A stretch of 30,876 nt of DNA from an uncultured archaeon. Lineage in GTDB: Archaea > Asgardarchaeota > Lokiarchaeia > Sigyniarchaeales > SOKP01. Position 1 is the first letter of the stretch, and each line of letters opens with the position of its first letter. Both the position numbers and the translations under genes were made by a program. Shown here in pieces: positions 1 to 9,789 of the stretch. The notes beneath the pieces are model-generated. The model ran no database searches, was not told where the DNA came from, and saw nothing but the letters and a program-made list of their open reading frames with translations. Location of the stretch: NCBI GenBank assembly GCA_964388035.1, contig CAYLZE010000060.1, forward strand, positions 1 to 30,876, given 5' to 3'.

Positions 1-131
1 AATTAATTAAGATAAAAAGTATTTTTATAAAGGATAATTGATTAGTTCTCTAAATTTTGCGTGAATAATAATTAACATATTATATTTTGGTTCATAAACA
101 TTAATATAAATAGAGTTTTCCTCAATTAAAA

Positions 132-1268
132 ATGGATGACTTGGAACTTCTCGTTGATTTCGCTACATATCTCAAAGAAAAAAAAAGTGAAGGGAAGAAA
201 ATCATTGCTTTCATGGCGCATGATAATTTCCCAGAAGAATTGATTCATGCAGGGGGTTTCATACCTCTACGCTTAGTTTTTGCGGGAACTGATGATTTAA
301 TGAATATTAGTCATGAATACCTGCCACCTTCTACATGTTGCTTTGCTCAAACTTGTATAGGACTATTCAAATTGAACTTGAGTAAATATAATTTTCTGAA
401 ATTGATCGATCAATTTGTAGTAAGTAATCATTGTGTTAGTGATATTTGTTCTTCAGAAATTATCACGAAATACTTTGACATTCCTCGGTTGAATTTTTAC
501 ATGCCTTATACTGCCTCGGAATATTCCTTCAAGTATTATAAATTAGCTTTACTTGACTTTAAAAAGCAATTGGAAGAAATTAAAGGCAGTGTCATATCAA
601 ATGCTAATTTGTTTGAAAGCATTAAGAGATTTAACGAGTTTAAATTAAACCTTGCTAAAATAAACGATATCCTCAATGATGGTGTTAAAAAACTTGAGAT
701 CTTCCAGAAAGCCTTGTTATATGGTCCCATATTAAATTCCGAGTTAGAAAGCATCATATCACAACATGATTCCAAGAAAGGAGGAAGAGCAAAAAATGAA
801 AAAGACATTATCTTAACGGGATGTTCTATCTTTATCGGGGATAATTTAATTGATTTAATTAAAAAAAGTGCCGGAAATATTATCCATTATGATACTTGGA
901 TTGGGGAGCAATATTTTTTACAATATTTTAACGAGGAACTTTTAAATTCAAATACGAATCCAATTGATTTATTAATCGAACGTTTTAAAAATAATATTAA
1001 TGGAGATCACCTTGTTCCTAATTTTTTGGAAAATAAGGTTGCAAGGATCGAAAAGCTCTATGAAGAGCATAAAAAGCAAACGGGACGAGAACCCATTGTT
1101 ATTAATCATATTCTTAAATTTTGTGATCATATAAGTCTTTTCCAAAATCTTCTTAAGGAAAAATTACAAGAAAAGGGAATTAAGGTGTTAAATTTAGAAC
1201 GAGATTATTCCGGGGGAAATAAGGGACAGATATCCACGAGAATTGAAGCATTTTTGGAGATGGTATAA
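132..1268 (+). CDS. 2-hydroxyacyl-CoA dehydratase / benzoyl-CoA reductase family subunit (HgdB/FldC-like)
   Basis: N-terminal 'GKKIIAF..PEELIHAGGFIP' motif; Cys motifs (STCC, HC, KFCD); C-terminal 'LNLERDY..GQISTRIEAFLEM', the hallmark of this family. Confidence 0.9.
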   Translation: MDDLELLVDFATYLKEKKSEGKKIIAFMAHDNFPEELIHAGGFIPLRLVFAGTDDLMNISHEYLPPSTCCFAQTCIGLFKLNLSKYNFLKLIDQFVVSNHCVSDICSSEIITKYFDIPRLNFYMPYTASEYSFKYYKLALLDFKKQLEEIKGSVISNANLFESIKRFNEFKLNLAKINDILNDGVKKLEIFQKALLYGPILNSELESIISQHDSKKGGRAKNEKDIILTGCSIFIGDNLIDLIKKSAGNIIHYDTWIGEQYFLQYFNEELLNSNTNPIDLLIERFKNNINGDHLVPNFLENKVARIEKLYEEHKKQTGREPIVINHILKFCDHISLFQNLLKEKLQEKGIKVLNLERDYSGGNKGQISTRIEAFLEMV

Positions 1269-1269
1269 A

Positions 1270-2619
1270 ATGAGTGTATTTGCAGATGATGTAGTCAATT
1301 TTAAAAGTGTTCTTTCCATGGCTTATGATTTTCTCGCCTCGAGAGAGTATTTAAAAAGAAAAAAGTTCCGGGATCGTAAGAAATTAGTATCTGTGGCTTT
1401 ACCTTTCTCAGATTTGGTATTTGCATCAGGTGCCATTCCAGTTTTCCCAATAAGAATGGAACAATTTAAAATAAATAAGTATCTCTTGGCATTGAACTCA
1501 GCCAAGAATTTGATGGGATGGGAGTTAACCACCAAATTGCTCGGATTTGCAAGACAATTTGACTTTTTAAAGCTCATTGATACGATTCTGGATGATGTGA
1601 TTAATACATTAAATAAAAAATATAATGATTTATATGATTTAGGGGTCGAGAGTGGTATATCCACAGATTTTTGTTATGGTATCAAATCGTTATTTGGAAT
1701 GCACGTGTCAAAAGGAAAAAACGTGGATGCGAATTTAAATGTAGCCATCCGGTGTAGTGCTTTCAATAAGTATTTTGAATCCTTGAAAACGATTGTTCCG
1801 GAACAAATTTGGATTGATATTCCTCCCAGAATAGTTGGGAATCCCAAAGAAACCTTGGAGATTTTTACAGAGAATATCTCCAAAGCGATCACTTCTTTAG
1901 AAAATTTAACAGGTAATGTAATAACTGATAATAGTCTAAATAAACAATTTAGGATTGGAAACCAGGTTAAAAGATATTATAGGACCATAATATATGAAAT
2001 TAGTGCTTCGGATTTCTACCCTTGTAATCCTGCGACGTTTGCTGAAATTTTGGCATTAATGGGAATTACCTTTCAGGATTACAATTCCAATGCTCAAGCC
2101 TATTTAGAAAACATGAGCCAATTAGTGAATGAAATGCGGGAAAGAATTAAGAAGGAAATCGGCATGGACGTTTCAGGGATGCCTCGAATCCTTCTTACCC
2201 CTGTTTTTGGAGGATGGGATCCTATCTCTCAGGAAATTCTATATAAATTAGGGGGAAGAGCTTTATATGCAGATTGGGAAATTTTAGGGTTGCTTGATGA
2301 AATAAACGTGTCAAAAAATAGCAATCCTGTAGAGGAATATGCTAAATATTTACTGAATGCTTCAACTAATGGTATTGGATGTGATAATGATACGCTTACG
2401 AATTCTTATTTACGGATCGCAAAGAAAATGAATGTGGACGGGTTAATATTCAACCAACTTTTTGGTTGTCATTCGATCACTAACTGCTATACCATGCTTA
2501 GGAGTAAGATTAGAAAAACATTGGAAATCCCAACTACTGTTATTAATTTCAATAAGATAAATGAAGGCAGAGATCAGTTAGAAACCAGGTTGGGAGCATT
2601 CATGGAAATGTTTCATTAA
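1270..2619 (+). CDS. 2-hydroxyacyl-CoA dehydratase family subunit (partner of the upstream gene)
   Basis: DFCYG, RCS and 'VDGLIF...FGCH' Cys motifs; ends 'QLETRLGAFMEM'. Start moved from 1243 to ATG 1270, 1 nt after the upstream TAA, which avoids overlap and implies an operon. Confidence 0.85.
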   Translation: MSVFADDVVNFKSVLSMAYDFLASREYLKRKKFRDRKKLVSVALPFSDLVFASGAIPVFPIRMEQFKINKYLLALNSAKNLMGWELTTKLLGFARQFDFLKLIDTILDDVINTLNKKYNDLYDLGVESGISTDFCYGIKSLFGMHVSKGKNVDANLNVAIRCSAFNKYFESLKTIVPEQIWIDIPPRIVGNPKETLEIFTENISKAITSLENLTGNVITDNSLNKQFRIGNQVKRYYRTIIYEISASDFYPCNPATFAEILALMGITFQDYNSNAQAYLENMSQLVNEMRERIKKEIGMDVSGMPRILLTPVFGGWDPISQEILYKLGGRALYADWEILGLLDEINVSKNSNPVEEYAKYLLNASTNGIGCDNDTLTNSYLRIAKKMNVDGLIFNQLFGCHSITNCYTMLRSKIRKTLEIPTTVINFNKINEGRDQLETRLGAFMEMFH

Positions 2620-2714
2620 GATCAACATTTTTTTTAATATTTGGATTGGAAAGGACAAAATAGAAGTGTCCCCTTTAATGTTTCGGTTTAATCCCAGAAG
2701 ATGGAAATTAGTAA

Positions 2715-3293
2715 TTAGGATCCAAAAAAATCACTTGGTCGTAATAAATGAGGTTCTTCCTCCTTTTGTTTCTTCTTTTTGGCTTCGTTGGGATCTATCC
2801 ATTCTGTAGTTGAATCTTTTGCTACTTTCTGAGCAGGGGCAGTCATTGTGGGTGGTTTTAAGCCCATACCTGCAGTAATTTGTTCTATTTCTTGGGTTGA
2901 TTGCCCATAGGCAGAAGCACTCAAGGGGGCACCCTTTAATATCTTTAATTCACTTAATATTTTCTCAAGGTTCATTGATTGGACGCTTCTATTCATCGTA
3001 TCCATGATCTCTTGCAAAGACTGAGAAGTTTCTTTTAAACCTTTAGGATTTATCCCCGTAAGTAAGGAATCCAAATTGGTACTGATATTTTCATTTAATT
3101 CTTTCAATGAATCGAGAACCGTGTTCCAATGTTTATTCATTTGGCTTTCTATTGCACTTATCATCTTGATGGTTTCATTCATGAAATTCACGTGGGCTTC
3201 ATAACGTTCTTCATCTTTTGCCCGCAACTCGCTTATAAGTAAAATTAACTTTCTTAGTGATTCTTTTTCTTGCTCGCTCATTTTAACCTTCAT
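2715..3293 (-). CDS. Hypothetical coiled-coil protein with disordered C-terminal tail (possible ESCRT-III-like; see findings)
   Basis: 192-aa ORF filling the gap; heptad-like helical first ~120 aa; Pro/Ala/Thr/Lys-rich tail. Start may be the second Met (3281). Confidence 0.8.
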   Translation of the reverse strand: MKVKMSEQEKESLRKLILLISELRAKDEERYEAHVNFMNETIKMISAIESQMNKHWNTVLDSLKELNENISTNLDSLLTGINPKGLKETSQSLQEIMDTMNRSVQSMNLEKILSELKILKGAPLSASAYGQSTQEIEQITAGMGLKPPTMTAPAQKVAKDSTTEWIDPNEAKKKKQKEEEPHLLRPSDFFGS

Positions 3294-3646
3294 CCAATTA
3301 TTATAAAAATCTATTATACATATAATAATTATTAAATTTAAATTTATTTCCCTTTCATTGAATATTCATTAAAAGAACAAAATAAGATTCTCAATTCTTA
3401 CTAACATTATCCACCTAATTGTCATTTTTTCCCTTTTTTGTTATATTTAAAAATGAATTCAATATTTCTGAAAAGATTACGGGAATGCCTTAATGTTTAA
3501 GGTAGTCCAACTGTTTTAACAAGCGAAATAATAAAAAAAAGAATTTGCTAACACATGTTAAATTTTATATAGTCACAGTTAAAAAGGTGGTCAGTACACT
3601 ATATAACAAATACAATACTAAATTAAAAGAAAAGAAAAGAAAATTT

Positions 3647-5122
3647 ATGTTGAGTTCGATGTTGAACCATCCTAAAATTCTCGAAATTAATACATGGATA
3701 TGGTTAAACGAAATCTCGAGAAAAAAGGGAGAAAAGATAACATTATTAACCATTCCAGAAGAATATCTAGATTTTTGGCAAGCAAATTTTGATTACGTGT
3801 GGTTAATGGGCGTTTGGGAACGAAGTCCAGAGGGAAGAAAGATATCGCGTGAAAATGAAGACTTAACGAGGGAATATGAAGCCGTATTAAAAGATTTCTC
3901 TAAAGAAGATGTTGTGGGTTCACCTTACTCTATTCATTCATATAATGTTGATGATTATTTCGGAGGAAATGAAGGATTACAAAGGATTCATTCACGACTT
4001 AATAAAAAAGGATTATCATTAATTTTAGATTACGTTCCTAATCATTTAGCAGTAGACCATGAATGGATATCGCAGTTCCCCGAAATGTTTATTCAAGGAA
4101 CAGAAGAAGATTTAAAAACAGAACGAAATACCTTCTTCAAAGCCAATGGAAAGATATTTGCTCATGGTAGGGACCCCTATTTCCCTGCTTGGACGGATAC
4201 TGTTCAAATAAATGCATTTTCAGAGATTGCACGAATAAAAACATTTACTTTATTGGATAAAATCGCTCAATTCTGCGAAGGGGTAAGGTGTGACATGGCT
4301 ATGTTATTGACTACCAACGTTTTTAAGAAAACGTGGGAAAAATATGCAGGAAACACCCCCCAACGAGAATTTTGGGAAGATATCATATCAAAGGTTCACA
4401 AGAATAACCCAAATCTTATTTTTTTAGCCGAAGTATATTGGAATTTAGAATGGAAACTCATGCAACAAGGTTTTGACTATTGCTATGATAAAACTCTTTA
4501 TGATCGGTTATTAAAGGGTGATGTAAATGAAATTAAATTACATCTTCTAGCAGATATGAAATATCAACGCAAACTTCTTAGATTTATTGAAAATCATGAT
4601 GAAAAACGAGCTTATAAAAATTTTGGCAAGGAAAAATCTAAAGTGGCTGCTTTGATAACACTAACACTTCCTGGAGCGGCATTAATCCATGGCGGACAAA
4701 TGCAGGGAAATGAGATAAAAGTCCCGGTTCAATTAGGCAGAAAACCATTGGAGGAAGAGAAAAAATCCTTACATGAATATTATTTAACCATTTTAAATTT
4801 ATCGTCGATGGAAGCGCTTCTACAAGGTCAATGGGAATCATGTGAAGTAAATCCGATTGATTCCTATAATCATTCAAATACAAATTTGATCTCTTATACA
4901 TGGTTTACCAATAAATCCCGGATATTATTAGTCATAAATTATAGTTCTATAAAATCACAAGGACACGTTAAAATCCCCGATATGAATTTCGGAGAAAAAG
5001 CTTGGACGTTCAAAGATTTATTCCATCATGCAGAATATAAATATCAAGGAAAAGATCTTCAGAAATATGGTCTATATATCGATTTAAGTCCTTGGAATTT
5101 CCACTTTTTCGAAGTATTCTAA
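3647..5122 (+). CDS. GH13 alpha-amylase family glycoside hydrolase, cytoplasmic
   Basis: GH13 conserved regions: LDYVPNH, GVRCDMA (nucleophile D), FLAEVYW (acid/base E), FIENHDE; also GSPY motif. Start probably ATG 3647 or 3659 rather than TTG 3545. No signal peptide. Confidence 0.92.
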   Translation: MLSSMLNHPKILEINTWIWLNEISRKKGEKITLLTIPEEYLDFWQANFDYVWLMGVWERSPEGRKISRENEDLTREYEAVLKDFSKEDVVGSPYSIHSYNVDDYFGGNEGLQRIHSRLNKKGLSLILDYVPNHLAVDHEWISQFPEMFIQGTEEDLKTERNTFFKANGKIFAHGRDPYFPAWTDTVQINAFSEIARIKTFTLLDKIAQFCEGVRCDMAMLLTTNVFKKTWEKYAGNTPQREFWEDIISKVHKNNPNLIFLAEVYWNLEWKLMQQGFDYCYDKTLYDRLLKGDVNEIKLHLLADMKYQRKLLRFIENHDEKRAYKNFGKEKSKVAALITLTLPGAALIHGGQMQGNEIKVPVQLGRKPLEEEKKSLHEYYLTILNLSSMEALLQGQWESCEVNPIDSYNHSNTNLISYTWFTNKSRILLVINYSSIKSQGHVKIPDMNFGEKAWTFKDLFHHAEYKYQGKDLQKYGLYIDLSPWNFHFFEVF

Positions 5123-5215
5123 AACTTTTTCACTACACTATTTTAAATTGATGTTTAAAACATTAATAGAGGTTCCTTTAAGAAATTTTTAAAACATTTA
5201 AAGATTTTAGAATTT

Positions 5216-6529
5216 ATGGAAACTAAAAAGATCATTAAAGCGGTAATTCTCGCAGCTGGAGAGGGTAATAGACTCAAGCCCATTACCTCTAATCGACCTA
5301 AACCCATGATACCCTTAGCAGGAAAGCCATTACTAGAACATACCCTCATTGGATTGAAAAATGCTGGGATTGAAGAGGTTTTATTAATTGTAGGATATAA
5401 ACAGGAGATAATAAGGGCTCATTTTAGAGACTTCCTAGAAAAAGAGGGGATGAAAATAACTTATACTGTCCAAGAAGAGTATTTAGGTACAGCACATGCC
5501 ACGGGTCATGCGAAAAAGTTTGTCAAAAATGATTGTTTCTTGCTCATGTATGGAGATTTATTAGTGGATCCTCTTATTTTCAAGGAAGTAATCCAGAAAT
5601 TCATGGAGAATGAGGTTAAAGGATTAATTTCTTTAATGGAAGTAAAAAATCCTCAAGCTTTTGGTATAATTTCTTTAGACTCTAAAGGTAAAGTCACCAA
5701 AATAACTGAAAAACCTGGCCCCGAATTGAATTTAGGAAATTTAGCTAATGCAGGGGTCTACATCTTTGACCCATTAATTTTTGAAGCTGTTGAGAAGACT
5801 GAGAAATCTATTCGGGGGGAATATGAATTTACTGATTCAATGGAAATCTTGATGAAAGATTTTGCCGGCGATATTCTGGGTTATATTATAAAGGATAAAT
5901 TCTGGAGCGATATAGGATTACCTTGGCAATTATTAGATGCTAATGAATTTATGTTAAAAACGATTAAAAATGAGAACCTTGGAATAGTAGAGAAAAATGT
6001 TGAAATCACGGGAAATGTCCATGTTGGAGATCACACCGTAATTAAAGCGGGTTCAGTGATCCAAGGACCTTGTTTTATAGGAAATGACTCTTTAATCGGA
6101 CCAAATGCATTTATTAGACCCTTTACTTCTATAGGAGATAAATGCCATGTAGGAATAAGTGAAGTAAAAAATTCCATTATATTTTCCCGCACAAATATCC
6201 CCCATTTTAATTATATCGGAGATAGTATTATATGTGAAAATGTGAACTTGGGAGCAGGCACTAAAGTTGCTAACCTACGGTTTGATGATCAGAGCATAAA
6301 AGTCAATGTGAAGGGGAAATTAGTCGATTCTCAAAGGAGAAAATTTGGCACGGTTATTGGCCCCAATGTAAAGACGGGTATAAATGCAAGCATCATGACG
6401 GGAAAAATTATAGGGGAGAACTGCAGGATTGGAGCTCACACTTTAGTTATTGAAGATGTTGAACCAAATACGCTCTATTATCAAGATCCAAACAGAGGTA
6501 TCATTAAAGAGAAAACCATCACTCAATAA
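5216..6529 (+). CDS. glmU: Bifunctional sugar-1-phosphate nucleotidylyltransferase/acetyltransferase (archaeal GlmU)
   Basis: LAAGEGNRLKP..RPKP nucleotidyltransferase motif; QEEYLGTAHA; RGEYEFTD; C-terminal hexapeptide repeats with PHFNYIGDS, NLGAGT and ANLRFD; clustered with glmS and glmM. Confidence 0.92.
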   Translation: METKKIIKAVILAAGEGNRLKPITSNRPKPMIPLAGKPLLEHTLIGLKNAGIEEVLLIVGYKQEIIRAHFRDFLEKEGMKITYTVQEEYLGTAHATGHAKKFVKNDCFLLMYGDLLVDPLIFKEVIQKFMENEVKGLISLMEVKNPQAFGIISLDSKGKVTKITEKPGPELNLGNLANAGVYIFDPLIFEAVEKTEKSIRGEYEFTDSMEILMKDFAGDILGYIIKDKFWSDIGLPWQLLDANEFMLKTIKNENLGIVEKNVEITGNVHVGDHTVIKAGSVIQGPCFIGNDSLIGPNAFIRPFTSIGDKCHVGISEVKNSIIFSRTNIPHFNYIGDSIICENVNLGAGTKVANLRFDDQSIKVNVKGKLVDSQRRKFGTVIGPNVKTGINASIMTGKIIGENCRIGAHTLVIEDVEPNTLYYQDPNRGIIKEKTITQ

Positions 6530-6584
6530 TAGTAAGTACTATATTCCTTAGAAATAGATAGAATTGACATTTTTTGCGTAATCT

Positions 6585-8102
6585 TCATTCTTTATTCAAT
6601 TCTTCGGGAAAATAGAGAATGAAATTGCTTCCTTGAGTATAATCACCTTCCACTCTATCTTCAACAATTATTTGTCCATTAAATAAGTCCACTATCTTTT
6701 TTACGACAGATAATCCTAAGCCCATTCCTCGAAGACTTTTACTTTTATTTCTTACTCTTAAAAAAATAGAAGATTTATGGTCTGACTGTATTCCAATTCC
6801 ATTATCTAAAAACTCTATTTTTATAAAATTTACTTTATTTATCTTTTCCTTAGATACTCTAATATATATTTTCACAAAGGGATTATCATTATATCGGATT
6901 GCATTACTCAGTAAATTTTCGAAAACATCTGATAAAATCTCGTTTGCATTAATATATAATGTGCTATACGGATTTTCGATGGTAATATCTAAAGGTCTTT
7001 CGAGTTGGACCTTTTTAATAGTATTAACCGAATTTTTCAAAACGGGAATAATATTCATCGATTTTAGAGACATTGCTTTTTCTTCTATTTGTGAAAGTTT
7101 TCGAATATTCGAAACCAAGCTAGCCCCTCTTTTAACCTCCTCTTCCATTATGTTCAAAATATTTTCAAATTCTTTTAAATTTCCTTTACTACTTAATTTA
7201 TCTCGAGTTAATTCTAAAGCGGATAACATGTTTTGCAATATACTATTTGTATCATGAGCAAATAATTCTTTATACATCTCAGCAAGATTAAAAGCTTCAC
7301 GATATTTCTTTTCGGATATTTTTATTCGCTGTTCAGCATCTCTTTTTTCCGTTATATCTCTAGAAAATACTAAGGATTTTTCTTTTCCATCTACATCCTT
7401 AAAGATGGTACCATTTGTTTCTACCCATATATGATGACCACTTTTATGTATGAGTCGAGTAATGGTGGTTCCTTGACCAGTTTTTGCCCCTTGTACAAAA
7501 TCAATAAAAACTTTCTTTTGATCTTCAAGTGGGATTAATTTAAAAATGCTCATATTGAGTAATTCCTCTTTAGTATAGCCCAATGTGTCATAATGTGCTT
7601 TTCCATTCACGTAATCTATCTTTAAATTATCATTAATGATTGTAATTAAATCCTTAGCATTTTCAGTAATGAGCAAAGATTTTTTTTCCAAAAAATGTAA
7701 CTTCTCTAAATCAGCTTCATGTTCTTTGCGCTCGGTTAAATCACTAATAACAGCAGCAACTAGTATCTTCTTATTAATCTTGTAGAAATTTGCTCTCCCA
7801 TTTACAGGAATATAATATCCCGCTTTATGCTTTAAACGATACTCAATAGACAGAGAAGTGTGGGACCTTCGTGAACGCTTTATTTCTTTACTAAATTTTT
7901 GATAATCCTCTGGATGCACGAAATGAAATATATTCAAACCAATGAATTCCTCGGGAGTATAACCTAATAAATCATGAATTCTGGAATTAATATAAAAAAT
8001 GGATCCGCTTAAATCGACAACAATGAGGACATCTAAGATATTGTCAACTAAATTTTTAAAGAAAGACATTTCCTCAATATCAATAATATTAGCCTTTGGC
8101 AA
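6585..8102 (-). CDS. Soluble PAS-PAS sensor histidine kinase
   Basis: Two PAS/PAC domains (FVHPED...DLTERK; LIPLED...RDITEK); H-box AHDTNSILQ, N-box NLLSNAIRY, G1 DNGIGI, G2 GMGLGL; no transmembrane segment. Confidence 0.93.
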   Translation of the reverse strand: MPKANIIDIEEMSFFKNLVDNILDVLIVVDLSGSIFYINSRIHDLLGYTPEEFIGLNIFHFVHPEDYQKFSKEIKRSRRSHTSLSIEYRLKHKAGYYIPVNGRANFYKINKKILVAAVISDLTERKEHEADLEKLHFLEKKSLLITENAKDLITIINDNLKIDYVNGKAHYDTLGYTKEELLNMSIFKLIPLEDQKKVFIDFVQGAKTGQGTTITRLIHKSGHHIWVETNGTIFKDVDGKEKSLVFSRDITEKRDAEQRIKISEKKYREAFNLAEMYKELFAHDTNSILQNMLSALELTRDKLSSKGNLKEFENILNIMEEEVKRGASLVSNIRKLSQIEEKAMSLKSMNIIPVLKNSVNTIKKVQLERPLDITIENPYSTLYINANEILSDVFENLLSNAIRYNDNPFVKIYIRVSKEKINKVNFIKIEFLDNGIGIQSDHKSSIFLRVRNKSKSLRGMGLGLSVVKKIVDLFNGQIIVEDRVEGDYTQGSNFILYFPEELNKE

Positions 8103-8296
8103 TGATCCTAAAACCTTCTATGTCCCCAATAAAATGAAAAATTAAGGAATGAATATATTATTATATTTTTAATCATAAATTAGATATTTATTTTTATTGA
8201 TTAATTCTCCCAAGATTGATTGAGACATTCACTTAATGCTCGACTTTGAATTGAATGATCATCCCATTAAAAAAAATAATTATCAAAAAGCTTTTT

Positions 8297-9571
8297 TCAT
8301 GCGGGAAAAAATAATATTAACGGGTTTAATTGTCCTTTGAGAGAGATCCTTTCATTTTTTGGAAGATTTACTAAATTTTCTGCTACATTATTGATAGAAT
8401 TCTCTAATTCATCAATGTGAAATAAAGTTCTTAAATTAGGTTTTTCAGGAGTAGAAATTATTTTTCTTTCCCATTTCATCCCTAATGCGTTTGCTTGTAA
8501 TTGTAATCCCGCAAGCGCCATTCCGGATTCAACTTCTGCCCAATATTTAGTATTCATTACAAGTTTTCCTATCGTTCCGTGACCAATTCCTGAACATGGT
8601 TTCTTTCTATCTATGCATAACATTATGAAATAATGGGAATATTTTACATTAAATTCCTTCTCAATCTCAGTTTTGTTAATTTGAGAAGTATAGTTATGCA
8701 GTAAGTGATCATAATTATCTTTATCATCTATTTTAAGCCATCGATTCAATCCCGAAAACCCAACGGGATTATACCAATATCCCCCTTTAGGGAGGGAAGC
8801 TAGATTCTCTATAATAATAACGGGATATACCGCATATCCTGCGCAACCCGAAGCATGAACTCGTCCAAACCCATTCTTATCCAAAGTATCTCGATTGCCA
8901 TGAGTGGCATGATCGGTTTCTCCTTCACATGCCCATAATAATTGGGAGAGTTGATACAAGGAAGAATGATTAGGTGGTTGCTTTTCTATTTTATTAAACA
9001 CGACATCATCTAAAGGGATGCCTTGATATTTATTTTCATAGATAGCACGGTTTTCATAACAAGCAGGAGTTTCTAAGAGAAATATGCCTTCTTGGGGTTT
9101 TTTATCAATAGGAGACAAGATATCCTCCATTAAATCTCCGCGATCTCGCTCTCGAACCGCCACAGAATATAAAAAAGTATAATCTTGCTTATAAAAGTCA
9201 TTTACTAATTTATTTATTTTTTTGGGAGCTCTTGCTCGTTGAGAGACGCCGAGCCCCATGCTATCCACCTCTAAGGAAAGATATTGCCAAATAAGGCCGG
9301 TTTGGACTAATTCCTCCATTTCAAGAGGAGTTTTGAGTATTAAATCAGGATACACTTCCATGCAATATTGGGTCGTTTCTTTATCCGTGATGAAATCTAA
9401 ATCAGTTCCTCTATATTGATATATACCACCTTTATACTCCTCACTTCCTTCAGGGAGAACAATGAATAAGGTTTTTAAAGGAGCAGCTTGATGAGCGGAT
9501 TGACAAGTATTCAAAACTTCTGCCCTTGATAAAACGTGTCCTTTTCCCGAACAATCCTTTCGACTTGCCAA
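8297..9571 (-). CDS. Tandem nitroreductase-fold (SagB/ThcOx-like) protein
   Basis: C-terminal half has LSQLLWACEG, GRVHASGCAGY, LPKGGYWYNP and ESGMALAGLQLQANALGM, resembling SagB-type motifs. N-terminal half has a degenerate copy (GGIYQY, QTGLIWQYLSLEVDSMGLG). True start is probably 9592 or 9595. Confidence 0.7.
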   Translation of the reverse strand: MASRKDCSGKGHVLSRAEVLNTCQSAHQAAPLKTLFIVLPEGSEEYKGGIYQYRGTDLDFITDKETTQYCMEVYPDLILKTPLEMEELVQTGLIWQYLSLEVDSMGLGVSQRARAPKKINKLVNDFYKQDYTFLYSVAVRERDRGDLMEDILSPIDKKPQEGIFLLETPACYENRAIYENKYQGIPLDDVVFNKIEKQPPNHSSLYQLSQLLWACEGETDHATHGNRDTLDKNGFGRVHASGCAGYAVYPVIIIENLASLPKGGYWYNPVGFSGLNRWLKIDDKDNYDHLLHNYTSQINKTEIEKEFNVKYSHYFIMLCIDRKKPCSGIGHGTIGKLVMNTKYWAEVESGMALAGLQLQANALGMKWERKIISTPEKPNLRTLFHIDELENSINNVAENLVNLPKNERISLKGQLNPLILFFPA

Positions 9572-9789
9572 ACATTCTTGCAGGCTTTTAATTATTTTTC
9601 ACCTTCTTTTTTTTAGCCTAATTGAATTCTAAATAATCAAGTAATACTAGTTAAATAGATTTTTAATCATCACGGTTTGTTTTTATTATTCGTTGGAATA
9701 TTGAAACAATGGTACGATTAGGAAATTCTTAAAGAGATGAGATGGAATGGATTGTATTTAACCACATGGAAGAATTAAGAAACTTTATC

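Noticed and set aside
9599-9601. In-frame TGA upstream of the nitroreductase as selenocysteine
   Set aside because: The frame hits TAG about 10 codons further upstream with no standard start; the TGA is better explained as part of the GGTGA SD.
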